A DNA stretch of 64,000 bases from Mobula hypostoma (GCF_963921235.1 NC_086097.1:9052001-9116000), one strand, 5' to 3'. Positions 13,612 to 26,609 are shown, counted from the stretch's first letter. Program-made: numbers and translations. The notes: generated by a model from the sequence alone, not told the origin.

Positions 13612-14132
13612 ACCATAAGATATAGGAGCAGAATTAGTCCATTTGCCCCACCAAATTTGCTCTGCCATTTCATCATGACTGATCCAGTCTCTTGCCTTCT
13701 CCCCATATCTCTTCATGCCCTGACTTAACACGAATCTATCAAACTCTGCTTTAAGTATACCCAATAACTTGGCCTCCACAGCCACCTGTGACAACAAATT
13801 CTACAGGTACATCACTCTCTGGCTAAAGAACTTACTCCTCATCTCCATTCTAACAGGACATCCTTCTATTCTGAGGCTGAGTGCTCTGGCCTTAGACTCC
13901 CCCACCATAGGAAACATCCTCTCCACATCCACACTATCAAGGCCTTTCAGCATTCAGTAGGTTTCAATGAGATCACCCCTCATTCTGCTGAATTCCGTGA
14001 TTAGAGGCTCAAAGCCATCAAACACTCCTCGTATGACAAGTCTTTCAATCCTGGAATCATTTCTGTGAACCTCCTTTGAACCCTCTCCAATGTCAGCACA
14101 TACTTCATTAGGTAAGGGGCCCAAAACTGCTC
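13612..14132 (-). mobile_element. CR1 3' fragment
   Basis: VEAKLLGILKAEFDRF; tail ACCATAAGATATAGGAGCAG on + strand. Confidence 0.85.
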
Positions 14133-14234
14133 ATGTAGAGTGGCTAATTATCCCACCAACTGGCACATGTTGGGAAATAGGAGGAAACTGTCACTCATGG
14201 AGGAAATTTATGCAGTCATAGAGAGAACAGAAAT

Positions 14235-14575
14235 ACAAATTTATAAGGGGAATAGATAGAGAAAATGCAAGCAGGCTTTCTCCACTGAGGTTGGGGGAAG
14301 TGACAACTAGAGGTCATGGTTTAAGTGTGAAAAGTGAAATGTTAAAGGAGAAATTGAGAGGGAAACATCTTCACAGAGGGTGCTGAGAGTGTGGAGTGAG
14401 CTGCCAGTGGAAGTGGTGAATGTGGGGCCAATTTCAACGATTAAGAGAAATTTGGATATATACATGAACGGGAGGGGATGGAAGGCTGCGGTTCAGTTGC
14501 AGGTCAACGAGGCAAGGCTGATTAATAGTTTGGCATGCATTAGTTGGGCTGTAGTGTTCTTTGACTTCTATGACT
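14235..14575 (+). mobile_element. CR1 3' fragment
   Basis: RVWSELPVEVVNVG...KRNLDIYM. Confidence 0.8.
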
Positions 14576-15009
14576 AGAAATAAAGTCACAAATTTGTATA
14601 GAACAGAAACTGGCACTTTTGTGCTCCATATCTATATTGTATATCAAGTTTCTACATAAAATACTCTCCCTTATCCTTACTTGATCTGTAGCCTTCCATA
14701 TTATGGCAGTTCAAGGGATCATCTAAATGCTTCTTGAATGTTGTGAGAATGCTTAACTGCATCACTGACTCAGCATTGTGTTCCAGATTCCAACCATCTT
14801 CTGAGTGGTAGACATTTTCCTCAGATCTCCTCTACACTAAACTCGTGCCCTTTGGAGCTTGTTACCTTTACTGTGGGTGAAAATTCCTAGTATATACCCT
14901 ATCAAGCAAGCAAGTTTTATGCTGCAAGGCTGGGGAAGGGGCGGGGGCGGGGGTGTAGGCAAAGAGACTAACAGCACTATCTGTGATAGACTGAGATCAA
15001 GAAAAATGA

Positions 15010-15460
15010 ATTCAAGATTCAAAATTGTTTGATGGCATTTCCAGTACACAAGTGTAAAGGAGAACAAAATAATTGTTATCCTGGATATGATGCAACACAA
15101 CAATTACAAGAAAATAAAGAACATAATAATAATAATAACACAGTAAATGCATAAGATAGCTTATGTACATACACAGATTGTTGGCAGGTCCATAAAGTGA
15201 TGTCAAGCATAGGAGTGTCTGAGAGTGACTGACGGGAAATGATAAAGTAGTGGTGGTGAGTGTGTGGAGGGGTGGGTTAGTAGATGGAGGTGTTGATCAG
15301 CCTTACTACTTGGGGAAGTAACTGTTTTTGAGCCTGGTGGCCTGGTGTGGATGCTACGTAGCCTCCTCCCTGATGGGAGTGGAACAAACAGTCCATGAGC
15401 AGGGTGGGTGGGATCCTTCAAGGGTTACTGGCCCTTTTCCAGTATCTTTCTGTACATATG
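15010..15460 (-). mobile_element. Rex1/Babar-type LINE 3' end
   Basis: KDPTHPAHGLFVPLPSGRRLRSI; paralogous to 55385-55935. Confidence 0.8.
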
Positions 15461-16229
15461 GCAGAAGTGGTTCTAGGACCACCTGAGAGAGGGCAGTGAG
15501 GACTTGTCAATCACAGCTGATCTTTCTGAAGAAAATCAAAGTAGATCTTAATGGGAACAGATGAGAGGAAAATAGTGCTGGCTCTGAGAGATGCAAGACT
15601 TGCTATGCTTTCTCTTCCCTAAGACTTATCACATGTTTGTTCTCTAACTTCTCTGGTTCTAGTGAAAAGTCAATTTCATAAGATATTAATTTTGTTTCAT
15701 TCTCCATCGGTTCTGCCTAAGCTGTTTTAAAGCCTGCAATTATTATTTCTTTATTTTTATTTCACATTTCTTCAGCAGAATTAAAGGTTTATTTAAATGT
15801 CACAGTGATTTCACTGATTACTGATCTCTATTCACTAACAATGGTGACATCTCTTCAAAGCAGACATTACATTGACAGAAGAATGTTGCCAAAGCTGTTT
15901 CCTATGGTGGGAGATTGTTTATATTTAAGACAGAAGTTGATAGGTTCTTGATCAGTTGGAGCATGAAGGGATACAGGGAGAAGGCAGGAGATTGGGGCTG
16001 AGAACAAAAATGGATCAACGATGATGAAATTGTGGAACAGACTCAATGGGCCAATGGTCTAATTCTGCACCTATATCTTATGGTCTTATAGATATCACTG
16101 CTTAATTAAGTTTGGCATACTACATGGTCACAATTGCGTGCTGTACTTTGTTCTTTAAATAAAGTTTGTTGAAAGTAAAGTAGTGAACTTCAAAAGGAGA
16201 ATATAATGAACCATTAATAACATAGGCAT

Positions 16230-17300
16230 AAATCAGAATCAGAATCAGGTTTATTGTTGTTGTGTTAAGCCATCTGAATTTTTTTGTTTTCTGGCAGCAG
16301 TACAGTACAAAGGCATACTTATTTATTATTTACTTACTTATTGAGATACAGCATGGAATAGCACCCCCTCCCACCCTTCAAGCTGCATCACCCATCAATT
16401 CCTCAATTTAATCCTACCCTAATCACGGAACAATTTACAGTGACCAACCGGCGCATCTCTAGTCTGTGGGAGGAAACCCCACGCAGCCATGGCAAGAATG
16501 TGCAAATTTCTTACAGGCAGCGGGATGAATTGAACCTGATCACCTGTACTGTAAAACACTGTGCTAGCCAGTACGCTACTGTGCTGCCCTTACTGCAAAG
16601 TACAAAACTGCTATAAATTACAAAATAAAATAACTCGTGCAAAGTAAAGGAGTGATGGGTTCATTGGTTCATGGACTGTTCAGAAATCTGATGACAGAGG
16701 GGAAGTAGCTGACTGAACCACTGATTGTGGGCCTACTGGCTCTTGTACCTCCTCTCTGATGGTTTACAGTCCTGAATACCGAGGGCTCTTAGTGATGGAT
16801 GACGCCATCTTGAGGCACTGTTTCTTGAAGTTGTCCCCAGTGTTGTGAAGGGTTGTGCTCATGACTAAACTGGTTGGGTCTATAGCTCTCTGCAGCTCCT
16901 TGTGATCCTGTGATTGCAGCTTCCATACCAAACTGTGACATAACCAGTCAGAACATTCTCCAATGTACTCTTTTAGAAATTTGCTAGAGTCTTTGTTGAC
17001 ATAGCAAATCTCCTCAAACTCCTCTTGAAATACAGTACAGCCATTGATGTGCCTTCTTCATTTTTATATCAACGAGTTGTGACCAGTTTATATTCCCTGT
17101 GATGATGACACCTATGAACTGGAGCTACTCACCATTTCCACCACTGACCCCTCTGTAAGGACTGTTACCTGTTCTTCTGACTTCCTTTTTCAGAAGTCCA
17201 CAATCAATTCCTTGGTCTTGGTGACATTTAGTGTGTGCTTGTAGTTACAACACCACTCATCCAGCTGATCTATCTCACTCCTGTATGCCTCTTCAACACC
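16230..17300 (-). mobile_element. Decayed Rex1/Babar-type LINE 3' part containing a SINE
   Basis: (AATCAG)n tail; antisense of the KTKELIVDF motif (GAAGTCCACAATCAATTCCTTGGTCTT at 17193-17219). Confidence 0.7.
16320..16590 (-). mobile_element. V-SINE/HE1-like tRNA-derived SINE
   Basis: TGTGGGAGGAAACC..CACGCAG core; minus-strand B-box-like CAGGTTCAATTC and head GGGCAGCACAGTAGCGTA. Confidence 0.65.
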
Positions 17301-17730
17301 ACATGATGTTAACACAAATGGATTCTATCCATGTTAATTTTTAAGGTCAAAGGTTTTGTTCCCTTATGCAACCAATAGTAATGAACTCTTTGCCAGAAAT
17401 GCTATTTTGATTTATGGAATATAATCAATTCTGATTAAGTTATCAAATGGTTAGAATCAGAATCAGGTTTAAATCACTGACGTACCATATACCATGAAAA
17501 GTGTTGTTTTGTGGCAGCAGTACAGTGCAATACACAAGTAAAATAATAAAACCCTATAAATCACGTACAATAAGTATACAATAAATATATACAAATAAGG
17601 AGTGCAAAAGGAGAGATAGTGCTCATCCGTCCACTGTCCATTCAGTAACCTGATGGTTGAGAAGAAGAAGCTGTTTCTCTAATGTTGGGTGTGTGTCTTC
17701 AGGGTCCTGTGCCTCCTCCTTGATGGTCGC

Positions 17731-18297
17731 TGTCACGGTGATCCTCAGGACTGGACCCAAGTGCAAAAGAACAGCAGACTCTCTCTGTCATAGTGAGCGC
17801 TCTCTGGACTGGACCCGAATGCAGAAGAAAGGCAGACTGTTACGCTGAGCGCTGGCAGGACTGGACCCAAGTATGGAGGAATGGCAGACTATCACAGCGA
17901 GCGCTCTCTGGACTGGACCCAGATGTGGAGGGATGGAAGACTACCATGGTGAGTGCTCTCAGAACTGCACCTCAGTATGGAACAATGGCAGACTCTCTAT
18001 GAAGAGACGGAAACAAAAGGTTAGGCATAGGAATACGAACAGAGCCTTGGAGGCACGAGTGACACAGCTATACAAATCATTCTGCAACACACACTAAAAC
18101 TCCATTTACAGAGGACAACAAGTCCCCTTTAAATAATCATAGAAAGTGCTACAACTCACTTGACAGGGTTAAGCAGAAAGCATTTGGGCCTAACATTGCT
18201 AACAATTAGAAAAGGTAGGTGGTCAAGAAATCCAGAGTCCAACACTCTACAGCAAACTGAAGAGGCCCCCAGGGCTCATGACTGTACCTTCCTCCCT
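17731..18297 (-). mobile_element. Gypsy-type 3' LTR with adjacent polypurine tract
   Basis: Starts TGTCA at 17731 and ends CATGACT at 18283; followed by GTACCTTCCTCCCT (minus strand AGGGAGGAAGGTAC, PPT-like). Confidence 0.6.
17732..17993. repeat. Five diverged ~52-bp tandem units at the LTR end
   Basis: Recurrent GAGCGCT..GGACTGGACCC...GGCAGACT. Confidence 0.85.
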
Positions 18298-19775
18298 GAG
18301 GCCAGTACTTGAAAACCCAGGAAACCTTGGGGAACTAGAGTACTGGAAAAACCTGGAACAGACCTGATGCTCTCATGACAGGACTGAAAAGTCCCCAGCA
18401 GACCTGAATCTCCACGCCCCCCCCTCCCCATGAGATGGCGATACAACCAGTTACTGTACAATGCTCTTCATGGTGCATCAGTAGAAATTTTCTAAAGATC
18501 TTTGGTGACATTCCAAGTCTCCTCAAACTCTTAATGCCATTGGGCTTTCTTTGTAATCGCATCAATATGTTGGTCCTAGGATTCATCTTCAGAGATGTTG
18601 ACACCCATAAACTTGAAACTGCTCACCTTTTCCACTTCTGATCCCTCGATGAGGACGGGTGTATGTTCCCTTGGCTTCTGTTTCCTGAAGTCCACAATCA
18701 ATTCATTGGTCTTATTGACATTGAGTACAAGGTTGTTGATGCAACACCACCCAACTAGATAATTTATCTCACTCCAGTGCTGATTGTCAGTGAGGAGGAG
18801 ATTTTATTTCTGAACTGTGCTGATGGTCTCCTGGAGAGAAAGTCAAGGATCCAATTGCAGAGGGAGATGCAGAGGCCCAGGATTTCGAGCTTGCTGATTA
18901 GAACTGAGGGTATGCCTATGTTGAATGCTGATCTGCAGCTTGACTTTGGTATTGTTATTGTTCAGGTGATGTATGGCCAAGTGGAGAGCCAATGAGATTG
19001 CATCCTCTGTAGACATATTATTGCAATAGGCAAAATGCAGTGGGTCCAGATCCTTGATTAGACAGAAGTTAATTCTAGCCATGATCAATCTCTCAAAGCA
19101 CTTCATCACAGAAGATGTGAGTGCGGCTGGGCAATATTTGTTGAGGCAGCTTACCCCTCTCTTTTTGGACACTGGCATAATGTGAGGCAGGTAGGATTTT
19201 TCCTCCTGCAGCAGTGAGGCACTGAAGATGTCCTTGAACATTCCAGCCAGTCGGTTGGGCTAGGTTTTTAGTTCCTTATCTGATAAACTATCAGGGCCTG
19301 ACACCTTCTGAGAGTTCACTCTCTTGAAAGATGTTCTGATGTCTCAAACCTGCTCTCATGGTTTGAAACACCCACCTGTCAAATGTCATCCATTTTATCT
19401 GCCTAGGGAGTTTTCCACCGTCATCCGTTGACATGGGGTCATACCAACACAGAAACAGGTCCTTTGACCCATCGCACCCACGCCAACCTTTTTGCCCATC
19501 TATACAAATCCCATTTGTCTATAGTAGGAATTCATCGTCTATGCCTTGTCTATATGTGTGTCCGTGTAAATGTCTCTTAAATGTAGTCTGTGTATCTAAT
19601 TCCAACAATTCCTCTGGCACTATGTTCAGATATTAAGCACTCTCTGTGTGAAAAAACTTGCCCCTTGCGTCCCTTTAAAACTTCTTCCCCAAACCTTCAA
19701 CCTATTTCTTTTTGTTTTTGATAATCCCGACCAAGATCTGGCCTTCTTGCCTCTCATCACCCTCATATACTTCTC

Positions 19776-20125
19776 AGCAACACACACAAAATGCTGGAGG
19801 AACTCAGCAGGTCAGGCAGCATCTTATGGATTGTTGGCATTTCAGGCTGAGAACCTTCATCAGGACTGAGAAGGAAGGGGGAAGATGCCAGAATAAAAAG
19901 GTGAGGGGAGGGGAAGAAGGCTAGCTAGAGGTGAATCTAGATGGGTGGGGAAGTTAAAGGGCTGGAGAGAAAGGAATCTGATAGGAGAGGAGAGAGGACC
20001 ATTGGAGAAATGGAACAGGAGAAGATACAGGGGAGAAACGATAGGCAGATGAGAAGAGGTAAGAGGGAAATAGAGGAAGGGTGGGGAGAATTAGTTTACC
20101 GAACAAAGAAATCAATATTCATGCA
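19776..20125 (-). mobile_element. Penelope-like 3' end/pLTR inserted in a CR1 fragment
   Basis: Minus strand CTGATGA-AGGTTCTCAGCCT-GAAA-TGCC (19836-19863); purine-rich tract like 24940-25290. Confidence 0.75.
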
Positions 20126-20399
20126 ATTAGATGTATATGTCTCTATCAGGTCACCACTAACAGTCCTTTGAACCAGGGAGTACAAGCCAAGCCTATCCAA
20201 TTTTTCATGATAACTAAAGTGCTCTAGCCCAGTCAGCATCCTGCTGAATTTCCTCTGTTTTCTCTCAAATGCACTTGCTTCCTTCCCATTGTGTTCTGAC
20301 TGCAACTAAAACCAATACTTTAATTCCAACCCAAATGAAAACAGGAGTACAAATCCCATCACAGTAAGCAGGAAATTTCAATATTATGAATTACATAAA

Positions 20400-21030
20400 T
20401 CCAAAAATAAAAGGCTTGTATCAGCAATGTTGTTCACAACACCGCCAGATTGTTGTACAATCTCAACTGGGTCACCCATACCGTTCAGAGAAAGAAATTT
20501 GTTGTGCTTATCCAATCTGATCTATATGTGACTCATTTTAATAATGTGAGTCACTCTGAACTTATGGGTGTCAGGGTTGGAGATACATTTCTACCAAAGG
20601 AAGTGTAAGGCACTGTTTTCCTTCACTAACCTGCAGGCTACCCTCGGGCAAGGTGTAGCACACGCTTAGCCCCCCAACTCTAATCAGGATGTGGTGGATG
20701 GTCGTACGAGCAGCTGGTGCATATCACAAGTCCTAGGCAGTGCAACCACTGACACTAGACAGATAATCCCTGAAGAGTATTGATAAAGACTGGGGTCACC
20801 TGTCTTGTAAAGACACTCCGGAAGAAAGCAATGGCAAACTACTTCTGCAGGAAAATTTGCCAAGAAAAACATTGGTCATTGAAATACCATAATCACCCAT
20901 GTCATATGACACGGCACATAATGATGGTGATGACTCTTAACTGCTCTGTGAAGGACCAAAAGGTCCTCAGCGTGTGGGTTCTTTGGAGCAGGCAATAACT
21001 GTCAGCGATGTTTACATCCTTCATGCAAGA
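20400..21030 (+). mobile_element. Ancient SINE-like remnant split by an RTE-derived insertion
   Basis: TATATGTGACTC...ACTCTTAACTGC core and GGCAATAA..CAGCGATG..CATCC tail; family recalled, not verified. Confidence 0.4.
20563..20932 (+). mobile_element. Non-autonomous RTE-related element
   Basis: RTE-type 3' motif GCAATGGCAAACTACTTCTG..TTTGCCAAGAAAA; (GAT)n tail; ~10-bp TSD ACTCTGAACT/ACTCTTAACT; further copies at 26610-26980 and 59230-59425. Confidence 0.65.
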
Positions 21031-21939
21031 ACATTTCAAATCTAGTCACACAGATCAATGCACATTCTGTTTAATGGCATTTTATTCTTGAACAAATCAT
21101 GAACTCTCTCATGTATTACAGATTATACAAATTAGTATCTTTCCTATTATGCAAGTACACATTGTCACCATCATTGTTTAATTGCTTTCAAAATGATCTG
21201 TAAGTGTTGACTTTGCTTGTCTTAGATAAGTTGAACCAAACAAAATGTAGCCAATGCAGCTGAAGGTCTGACCTTTTTATCAGTTGTACTCTGATCCGTG
21301 GAGTCCTCATCAATTGCCAAGTAGCTGACCTTCCCCCTGCCTACTTCAAAGTTTAAAGTACATTTATTATCAAGGTGTATATACCATATACAAACTACAG
21401 GCAGCCACAAAACAAAAAACACAATGGAATCCACGAAAATACACACACAACCAAAACTGAAAAACATCCAATGTACAAAAGGGGACAGATTGTGCAAATA
21501 ATACATAAAATATGAGCTGCAGAGCCCCTGAAAGAGAGTCCACAGCTGTTGATTCTGTTCCGCGCTGGGGTGAGTGAAGCCTGTCTAGGAGCCCAATAAC
21601 TGGAGGGCAACAACAGCTCCCAAACCTGGTGGCGTGGGACTTCAGACTTCTGCAGTCCCCACCCAGCAGGTTCCACACGAGGAGCTGAATCTGTTTGTTT
21701 ATGAGTGGACAGACAACCATTTTCCCACTGTTTTAGGCTTCACTGAAGATTACTCAAAAACAGAAGGTCTGTGACTCAGGAAAGAAAAGCGTTTTCTGGC
21801 AGACATTTTGCCATGACAATATGTGACAAAGACTCTGTTCCTACCTGGAGGATGGTAGGAGGCTGGAATGTGGAAAACCTTTTAAGACCAGTTCAAAGAA
21901 TCTCCAAAGCTGCCTCAACTTAATGGTATTTCATCCAGA

Positions 21940-22410
21940 CGAGGTTCACAAGAATGTTTCCAGGAAGGAAAGGGTTAACCTATGAGGAGCTTTAGATTAC
22001 TCTGGGCCCGCACTCATTGGAATTTAGAAGAATGAGATGTGTTCTCATTGAAATCTATTGAATATTGAAAAGCCTAGGTAGAGTGGATGTGGAGAGGACG
22101 TTTCCTATAGTGGGGGAATGTAGAACCAGAAAGCACAGCCTCTGAATGGAGGGATGAGGAGAAATTCCTTTGGCCAGAAGATGGCGAATCTAAGGAATTC
22201 ATTGCTACAGTTGGCTGTGGAGACTGTCATTGGGTATATTTAAAGCAGAGGTTGATAGATTCATGTTTAGTCAGGGTGTCAAAGGTTGCTGGGAGAAGGT
22301 AGGAGAATAGGATTAAGAGGGATAATAATTCAGCTATGATGAGATGGCAGAGAAGCTCAATGGGCCAAATAACCAAATTCAGCTCCTATGTCTTTTCGTC
22401 TTGTGGTCTG
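21940..22410 (+). mobile_element. CR1 3' fragment
   Basis: Decayed RRFTRM..LEFRRMR..; CR1-type tail. Confidence 0.75.
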
Positions 22411-22767
22411 AGACTACTGTGATGTAAGGGACTCAGTGTGAAATGTTTTCTCTCAAAACACTGCTATATTTTATTGAATTGGAAATGCTGATATTTTTGT
22501 ACTTTATTAAATTAGTGCTATCTCTTGAAGGCCATGCAATAAATCCTCACCAATAGTTGGACTGATTTTGCAATGCTGTGATCAGACACTGTATGAAACA
22601 ATACCAGGGCACCAAAGATCTATTGCAGTGTTTCTACTTACAATATCTTCCATTGTAAAGGTTTCTTACTGTTCTTGACACTCTAATTCAGTAAATTCCT
22701 ATGCAACAATCTTACAATCCTTCATCATGTTAAATGAGATTGTTTTAATCACATAAATGTTCATTTA

Positions 22768-23930
22768 CACTGAATGGCCAGTTTATCATGTACTCTGAAT
22801 TATAGGAAAGATGTCAATAAAATTGAGAAAGTACAGAGGAGATTTACTAAAATATTGCCTGGGTTTCGTCTCCTAAGTTACAGAGAAAGGTTGAACAAGT
22901 TAGGTCTTTATTCTTTGGAGTGTAGAAGGTTGAGGGGGGACTTGATAGAGGTATTTAAAATTATGAGGGGGATAGATAGAGTTGATGTGGATAGGCTTTC
23001 TCCATTGAGAGTGGGGAAGATTCAAACAAGTGGACATGAGTTGAGAGTTAAAGGGCAAAAGTTTAGGGGTAACATGAGGGGGAACTTCTTTACTCAGAGA
23101 GTGGTAGCTGTGTGGAATGAGCTTCCAGCAGAAGTGGTTGAGGCAGGTTCGATGTTGTCATTTAAAGTTAAATTGGATTGATATATGGACAGGAAAGGAA
23201 TAGAGGGTTATGGGCTGAGTGCAGGTCGGTGGGACTAGGTGAGAGTAAGAGTTCAGCACAGACTAGAAGGGCCAAGATGGCCTGTTTCCGTGCTGTAATT
23301 GTTATATGGTTATTATATATGGTTATCTGTATATCTGCTCATTAATGCAAATATTTAATCACCCAATTGTGTGGCAGCAACCCTGTGCATAAAAGCATGC
23401 AGACATGTTCGAGAGGTTCAGTTGTAGTTCAGATCAAACATCAGAAAGGGAAAGAACAGGTGATCTAAGTGACTCTTACCCTTGAATGATTATTGGTTCT
23501 GGATGGGGTGTTTTGAGTATCTCAGAAACTGCTGGTCTCCTGGGATTTTCACTCAGCAGTCTCTACAATTTACAGAGAATGGTGCAAAAAACAAAAACAC
23601 ATCCAGTGAGCAGCGTTCTGTGATGAAACTGCCTTATTAATGAGAGAGTTCAGAGAGGATTAATCAGACTGGTTCAAGCTGACAGGAAGGCGACAGTAAC
23701 TCAAGTAATCATGTCTGTATGTTTTAGTGCACAGAGTTGCTGCCACACAATTGGCTAATTAAATATTTGCATTAATGAGAAAATATACGGATTTTATACA
23801 TGAAAAATATACAGAAAATATACATGATAAACTGGCCATTCAGTATATGCAGCCTTGATGTGGATGGACTACAACAGCAGAAAACCATGACCATACCCTC
23901 AATGGCCACTTTATTAGGTACAAGTGGTAT
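22768..23930 (+). mobile_element. Tc1-family non-autonomous element with long inverted termini, interrupted by CR1
   Basis: TA|CACTGAATGGCCAGTTTATCATGTA (22768) versus its reverse complement ending 23845|TA; internal decayed transposase N-terminus (SISETAGLLGFS). Confidence 0.7.
22793..23325 (+). mobile_element. CR1 3' fragment
   Basis: ORF 22774..23181 VQRRFTKILPG...RGDLIEVFKIMRG; (TTATATGG)n tail. Confidence 0.92.
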
Positions 23931-23944
23931 TTTATATCATTCTT

Positions 23945-24500
23945 ATCGTATGACGGGTGATTGATGGCTCTGGGCCTTTGCTCACTGGAATTTAGAACAA
24001 TGAGGGGGATCTCATTAAAACTTATCAAATGTTGAAGGGCTGAAATAGAGTGGATGTGGAGAGGATGTTTCCTACGGTGGGGAACCTAGGATGAGTGGAC
24101 ACAGCTTCAGGATAGAGGGACATCCATTTAGAAAGAAGACGAGGAGGGATTTGTTTAGCTAGAGAGTGGTGAATCTGTGGAACTCATTGCCACAGGCAGT
24201 CGTGGAGTACAGGTCATCGGGTGCATTTAAGGTGGAGGTTGATAGATTCCTGATTAGTCAGGGCTTCACAGTTTACGGGGAGTATGCAGCAAAGGGAGAT
24301 GAATCAGTCCTGATGCAGGGTCTCGGCCTGAAACTTCGACTATACTCTTTGCCTGTCCTGCTGAGTTGCTCCAGCACTTTGAGCGTGCTGCTTGGATTTC
24401 CAGCAACTGCAGATTTTTTCTTGTCAGACATGATGAAATACCTGAGCAAATTCAAGGGGCCAAATAGTCTAATTTTACTCCGATGTTTTGTGGTCTTATA
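23945..24500 (+). mobile_element. CR1 3' fragment containing a short Penelope pLTR (~24310-24422)
   Basis: VVNLWNSLPQ; insert AGTC-CTGATGC-AGGGTCTCGGCCT-GAAA-CTTC-GACT. Confidence 0.75.
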
Positions 24501-24849
24501 GTCTATTGTAAAGTCGCCACTAAGTGTACGAAGGGAACCTGGCATGTGTTAAATTTCTAAGGGAAGTCTTACATTTGATCAATTTTTGAACAGAGACAGA
24601 AGACTACATTTCTTTAGTAATAACAATTCTTCCCTGAATTACAGCTAATTTTGAAATATAAATGTCTTCCAATATTGCCATAGGCATGTTTTCAGACAAT
24701 TTGAGATTGAAGCATTGACTAAAATGTTCCATTTGTTCCACAAAGTGTATTTGCAAATTGATTGTTTAGTACTTGATGTTTTCATTTGTCTGATAAAAGA
24801 CTTCAATAAAATTGGGCTATATTCCTTAAAACTAATATGAAACAAGATT

Positions 24850-26026
24850 CACACACAAAAAGCTGGTGGAATACAGCAGGCCAAACAGCATCCATAGGAA
24901 GAAGCACAGTCGAAGTTTTGGGCCGAGACCTTTCGACAGGACTAACTGAAAGAAGAGATAGTAAGAGATTTGAAAGTGGGAGGGGGAGGGGAAGATCCGA
25001 AATGATAGGAGAAGAGAGGAGGGGGAGGGATGGAGCCAAGAGCTGGAAAGTTGATTGGCAAACGAGGTACGAGGCTGGAGAAGGGAGAGGATCATGGGAC
25101 GGAAGGCCTAGGGGGAAAGAAAGGGGGAGGGGAGCCCAGAGGAAGATGGAGAGCAGGTAAGGAGTTATTGTGAGAGGCACGGAGAGAGAAAAAAGAGGGA
25201 GAAAATAAATAAATAAATAAATAAATAAATAAGGGATGGAGTAAGAAGGGGAGGAGGGGCATTAACGGAAGTTAGAGAAGTCAAAGTTCATGCCGTCAGG
25301 TTGGAGGCTACCCAGACGGAATACATCGACCTCTCTAACTTCCATTAATGTCCCTCTTCCCCTTCTTACCCCATCGCTTGCTTATTTATTTATTTATTCA
25401 GGACTAACTGAAAGAAGATATAGTAAGAGATTTGAAAGTGGGAGGGGGAGGGGGAGGGGGAGATCCAAAATGATAGGAGAAGAGAGGAGGGGGAGGGATA
25501 GAGCTAGGAGCTGAAAAGTTGATTGGCAATAGGGATAGAAGGCAGGAGAAGGGAGAAGATCATGGGACGGGAGGCCTAGGGGGAAAGAAAGGGGGAGGGG
25601 AGCCCAGAGGAAGAGGGAGAGCAGGCAAGGAGTTATTGTGAGAGGGACAGAGAGAAAAAAAACTCCTTGCCTGCTCTCCCTCTTCCTCTGGGCTCCCCTC
25701 CCCCTTTCTTTCCTCCTAGGCCTCCCGTCCCATGACCTTCTCCCTTCTCCTGCCTTCTATCCCTTTTGCCAATCAACTTTCCAGCTCTTGGCTCCATCCC
25801 TCCCCCTCCTCTCTTCTTCTATCATTTCGGATCTCCCCCTCCCCCTCCCACTTTCAAATCTCTTACTATCTCTTCTTTCAGTTAGTCCTGACGAAGGGTC
25901 TCAGCCAGAAATGTCGCCTGTGCTTCTTCCTGTGGATGCTGTCTGGCCTGCTGCGTTCCACCAGCTTTTTGTGTGTATTGCTTGAATTTCCAGCATCTGC
26001 AGATTTCCTCGTGTTTGCGTTTTTAA
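24850..26026. mobile_element. Complex fold-back Penelope-derived insertion; 13-bp TSD
   Basis: TSD ATGAAACAAGATT at 24837-24849 and 26027-26039; outer inverted pLTRs; hammerhead motifs at 24907-24943(-) and 25884-25919(+). Confidence 0.88.
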
Positions 26027-26609
26027 ATGAAACAAGATTGCCTTTTTCACCTTTTACTTTAGGATAGCTGATATTTTAAGTGTAGCCAAAATATGGTAGC
26101 TTGTTTAATGCTACAATTACTTCTGGTATTGAATTCATGTAAGCCTATGATTAGAAAGAACCAATATGCTGTTTTTTGTTACTCTATACTTACATCAAAT
26201 TTATTTTTTACTGATTTTATGGGCCGGTGACCAATAGTTAATGATTTTAGCTGAATTAACTTTCCACTAGAGCCAGCAATGTTTTAGTCGTAGAGTCATA
26301 GAACTCTACAGAGCAGAAACAGTCCCTTTTGCCCATTTAGTGAGTGATAAACTATTAATCTGTCTGCTTGCATCAACCTGCACCTGTACCATACCCATCC
26401 ATGTACCTATCCAAAGTTCTCTAAAATGTTGAAACTGAACCTGCATCAAAACCTTCCACTGGTAGCTTGTGTCACAGTCTCACCTCCCTCTGAGTGCAGA
26501 AGTTTGCCCTTATATTCTCCTTAAATATCTCACCTTTCACCCAAAGCTTAGTCTCACCTAATCTCAAAGGAAAAAGCTTGCTTGCATGTACCTCATCTAT
26601 ACTCCTCAC

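Larger units (their letters stand above)
17453..19340 (-). mobile_element. Rex1/Babar-type LINE RT fragment interrupted by an LTR
   Basis: ORF 18843..19241 PAALTSSVMKCFERLI..DPLHFAY..STEDAISLALH; (AGAATC)n tail. Confidence 0.8.

Noticed and set aside
16500..16590. tRNA gene
   Set aside because: A decayed SINE head with no complete cloverleaf
17732..17993. CRISPR-like array
   Set aside because: Whole units are homologous, with no unique spacers, no cas genes and a vertebrate context
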